A stretch of 64,000 bases of DNA, from NCBI GenBank assembly GCA_047284725.1, contig JBJBEO010000001.1:1048203-1112202 (forward strand), in the 5' to 3' direction. The notes beneath the pieces were generated by a model. That model saw nothing but the letters and a program-made list of their open reading frames with translations, searched no databases and was not told the origin of the DNA. This DNA comes from Synechococcus sp. Its GTDB lineage: Bacteria > Cyanobacteriota > Cyanobacteriia > PCC-6307 > Cyanobiaceae. Made by a program: the position numbers and the translations under genes. Positions within the stretch are counted from its first letter, which is position 1, and every line of letters starts with the position of its first letter. Below, piece by piece: positions 62,739-64,000 of the stretch.

Positions 62739-63314
62739 ATGACCGACGCTCTTGCCACCCCTGCTTTGGCCCCATCGTCTGGCCAGGGGGTCTCCAATCT
62801 GAAGACGGCACTCGATCGTCGTGGTCTTGAACGGCTGGATCTGCTCTTGCTCACCGTTGAGGCCCTGGATCTCAATGGCGGCGAAGCGATGCTCTGGGCC
62901 ACTCAGCAACTTGGATTCACCGCTCTCTTTCCCAATCGCGTTGAGCTGTGGAAACGGCGCTGCACGAACCCGTTGCGTCGTTCCACCCGCCGGACGGCCC
63001 TCACCTCCGCGGAGATCGAGGCACTGATCCGCATCGTCTGTGCCATGGCTGATCGTCTCTACCCCATGCTGCACCAGCTGTTGTCGAGTCGTGAGCCGGC
63101 GGCCTTGACCGATCAACGCTGGACCTTGGTCGGACAGCGCCTGAGGGATCTGGTGGCTGAGCGCTTGAACCTGCGGCGCGGTTCGGTGCAGAAGCTGTTG
63201 CAAGACGATCAGGGTGCCTCAATCCAGCGGCAGCTGGTGCTGACGCTGGCACTGGCCGCAGGGCCGGGTGGTGTCGATCGTTTGCGCGCCAGTCTGGAAG
63301 ACCCCACTCCCTGA
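62739..63314 (+). CDS. DUF3038-family protein
   Basis: [27 protein letters not shown]. Confidence 0.82.
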   Translation: MTDALATPALAPSSGQGVSNLKTALDRRGLERLDLLLLTVEALDLNGGEAMLWATQQLGFTALFPNRVELWKRRCTNPLRRSTRRTALTSAEIEALIRIVCAMADRLYPMLHQLLSSREPAALTDQRWTLVGQRLRDLVAERLNLRRGSVQKLLQDDQGASIQRQLVLTLALAAGPGGVDRLRASLEDPTP

Positions 63315-63361
63315 CCCGATCAGCCACCCTTCCCTTCCGCCTCGTTCCCTTTCCCTTCGGC

Positions 63362-64000
63362 ATGCTCAAGCTCTCCTACCGCTACGACCAGACGGCGGCC
63401 CGTCTGAAGGTGGAGGGACTTCCCGACATCTCCGCTGACCACGGTGACGGTGTGATCGGCATCCTCTCCACCTGGACCCTGCAGTTCGTGGGCTCGCCGG
63501 AAATGGAGGGCAAGCGTGAGCACCTTGAGGCGATGCTGGCGACGGTGCTGCCCTACGCCCGCTATCGCCTCTCCGGGGTGGCGCGACGTTGTGGTGACGA
63601 CACCTCACCGGTCTGCCTTTCCCCCGCCGATGGCGGGAGGCACCAACTGGAGTTGCGCAGTACCCAACCCGGTGTGGATCCGCTGATCATCAGCCTCGAC
63701 GATGCAGAACTGGCCGATCTTGTCCGCTGCCTTGATGCCATGCGCCTGGATCAGAGGGTGCAGATCAGTTGGCCCCTCCACATTGATCGTCCCCTGGCTC
63801 GACGCGAGCTCGCAGAGCGCGTGCCCTTGGTCAAACGCCTTGCACCGTCAGTCTTGGGCGGAGGGGCGTTCGTGGTGGTTGCTGCTCTGGCGTCGCTGCT
63901 GCCGATGCCTGACCTCCAGACGCCGAAGCCCGCCGTGGTCTCAACCGAACAGCCCGCCGCCGCCGACCCCACCAAGCCCGCCCCCTCAGAAGGGGAGTGA
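63362..64000 (+). CDS. DUF4335-family protein
   Basis: LKVEGLPD, EGKREHLEAM...YAR, LDDAELADLVRCLD. Confidence 0.82.
   Translation: MLKLSYRYDQTAARLKVEGLPDISADHGDGVIGILSTWTLQFVGSPEMEGKREHLEAMLATVLPYARYRLSGVARRCGDDTSPVCLSPADGGRHQLELRSTQPGVDPLIISLDDAELADLVRCLDAMRLDQRVQISWPLHIDRPLARRELAERVPLVKRLAPSVLGGGAFVVVAALASLLPMPDLQTPKPAVVSTEQPAAADPTKPAPSEGE

Overview
A 64 kb, GC-rich chromosomal segment from a marine picocyanobacterium, most likely Synechococcus (inferred from chlH, an hli gene, cyAbrB, DUF2811/DUF3318/DUF3038/DUF4335-type genes and the tpiA-folP-chlH-dapB order). Most of it is core genome: an amino-acid ABC transporter operon, SulP, cbiX, an initiator tRNA-Met, rsfS, carB, a Na+/alanine symporter, tpiA, folP, chlH, dapB and apt. 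Two accessory insertions interrupt the folP-chlH-dapB block. The first (about 29.7-51.6 kb) has a stand-alone protein with tandem MshEN-type c-di-GMP-binding motifs, divergent from a type I secretion operon (two ABC subunits with degenerate ATPase motifs plus a HlyD adaptor). It continues with a 14.3 kb gene for a ~4,770-aa acidic surface protein containing 16 apparently identical 657-bp repeats, and an OmpR-family regulator with a non-phosphorylatable receiver. The second (55.9-58.8 kb) is a membrane-anchored sensor-HAMP-GAF-HD-GYP phosphodiesterase. My best candidate for an undescribed system is a c-di-GMP-controlled giant-adhesin export module that uses an MshEN receptor instead of LapD/LapG. 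The motifs are seen in the sequence; the functional link is inference. Family names were assigned by eye, without database searches.
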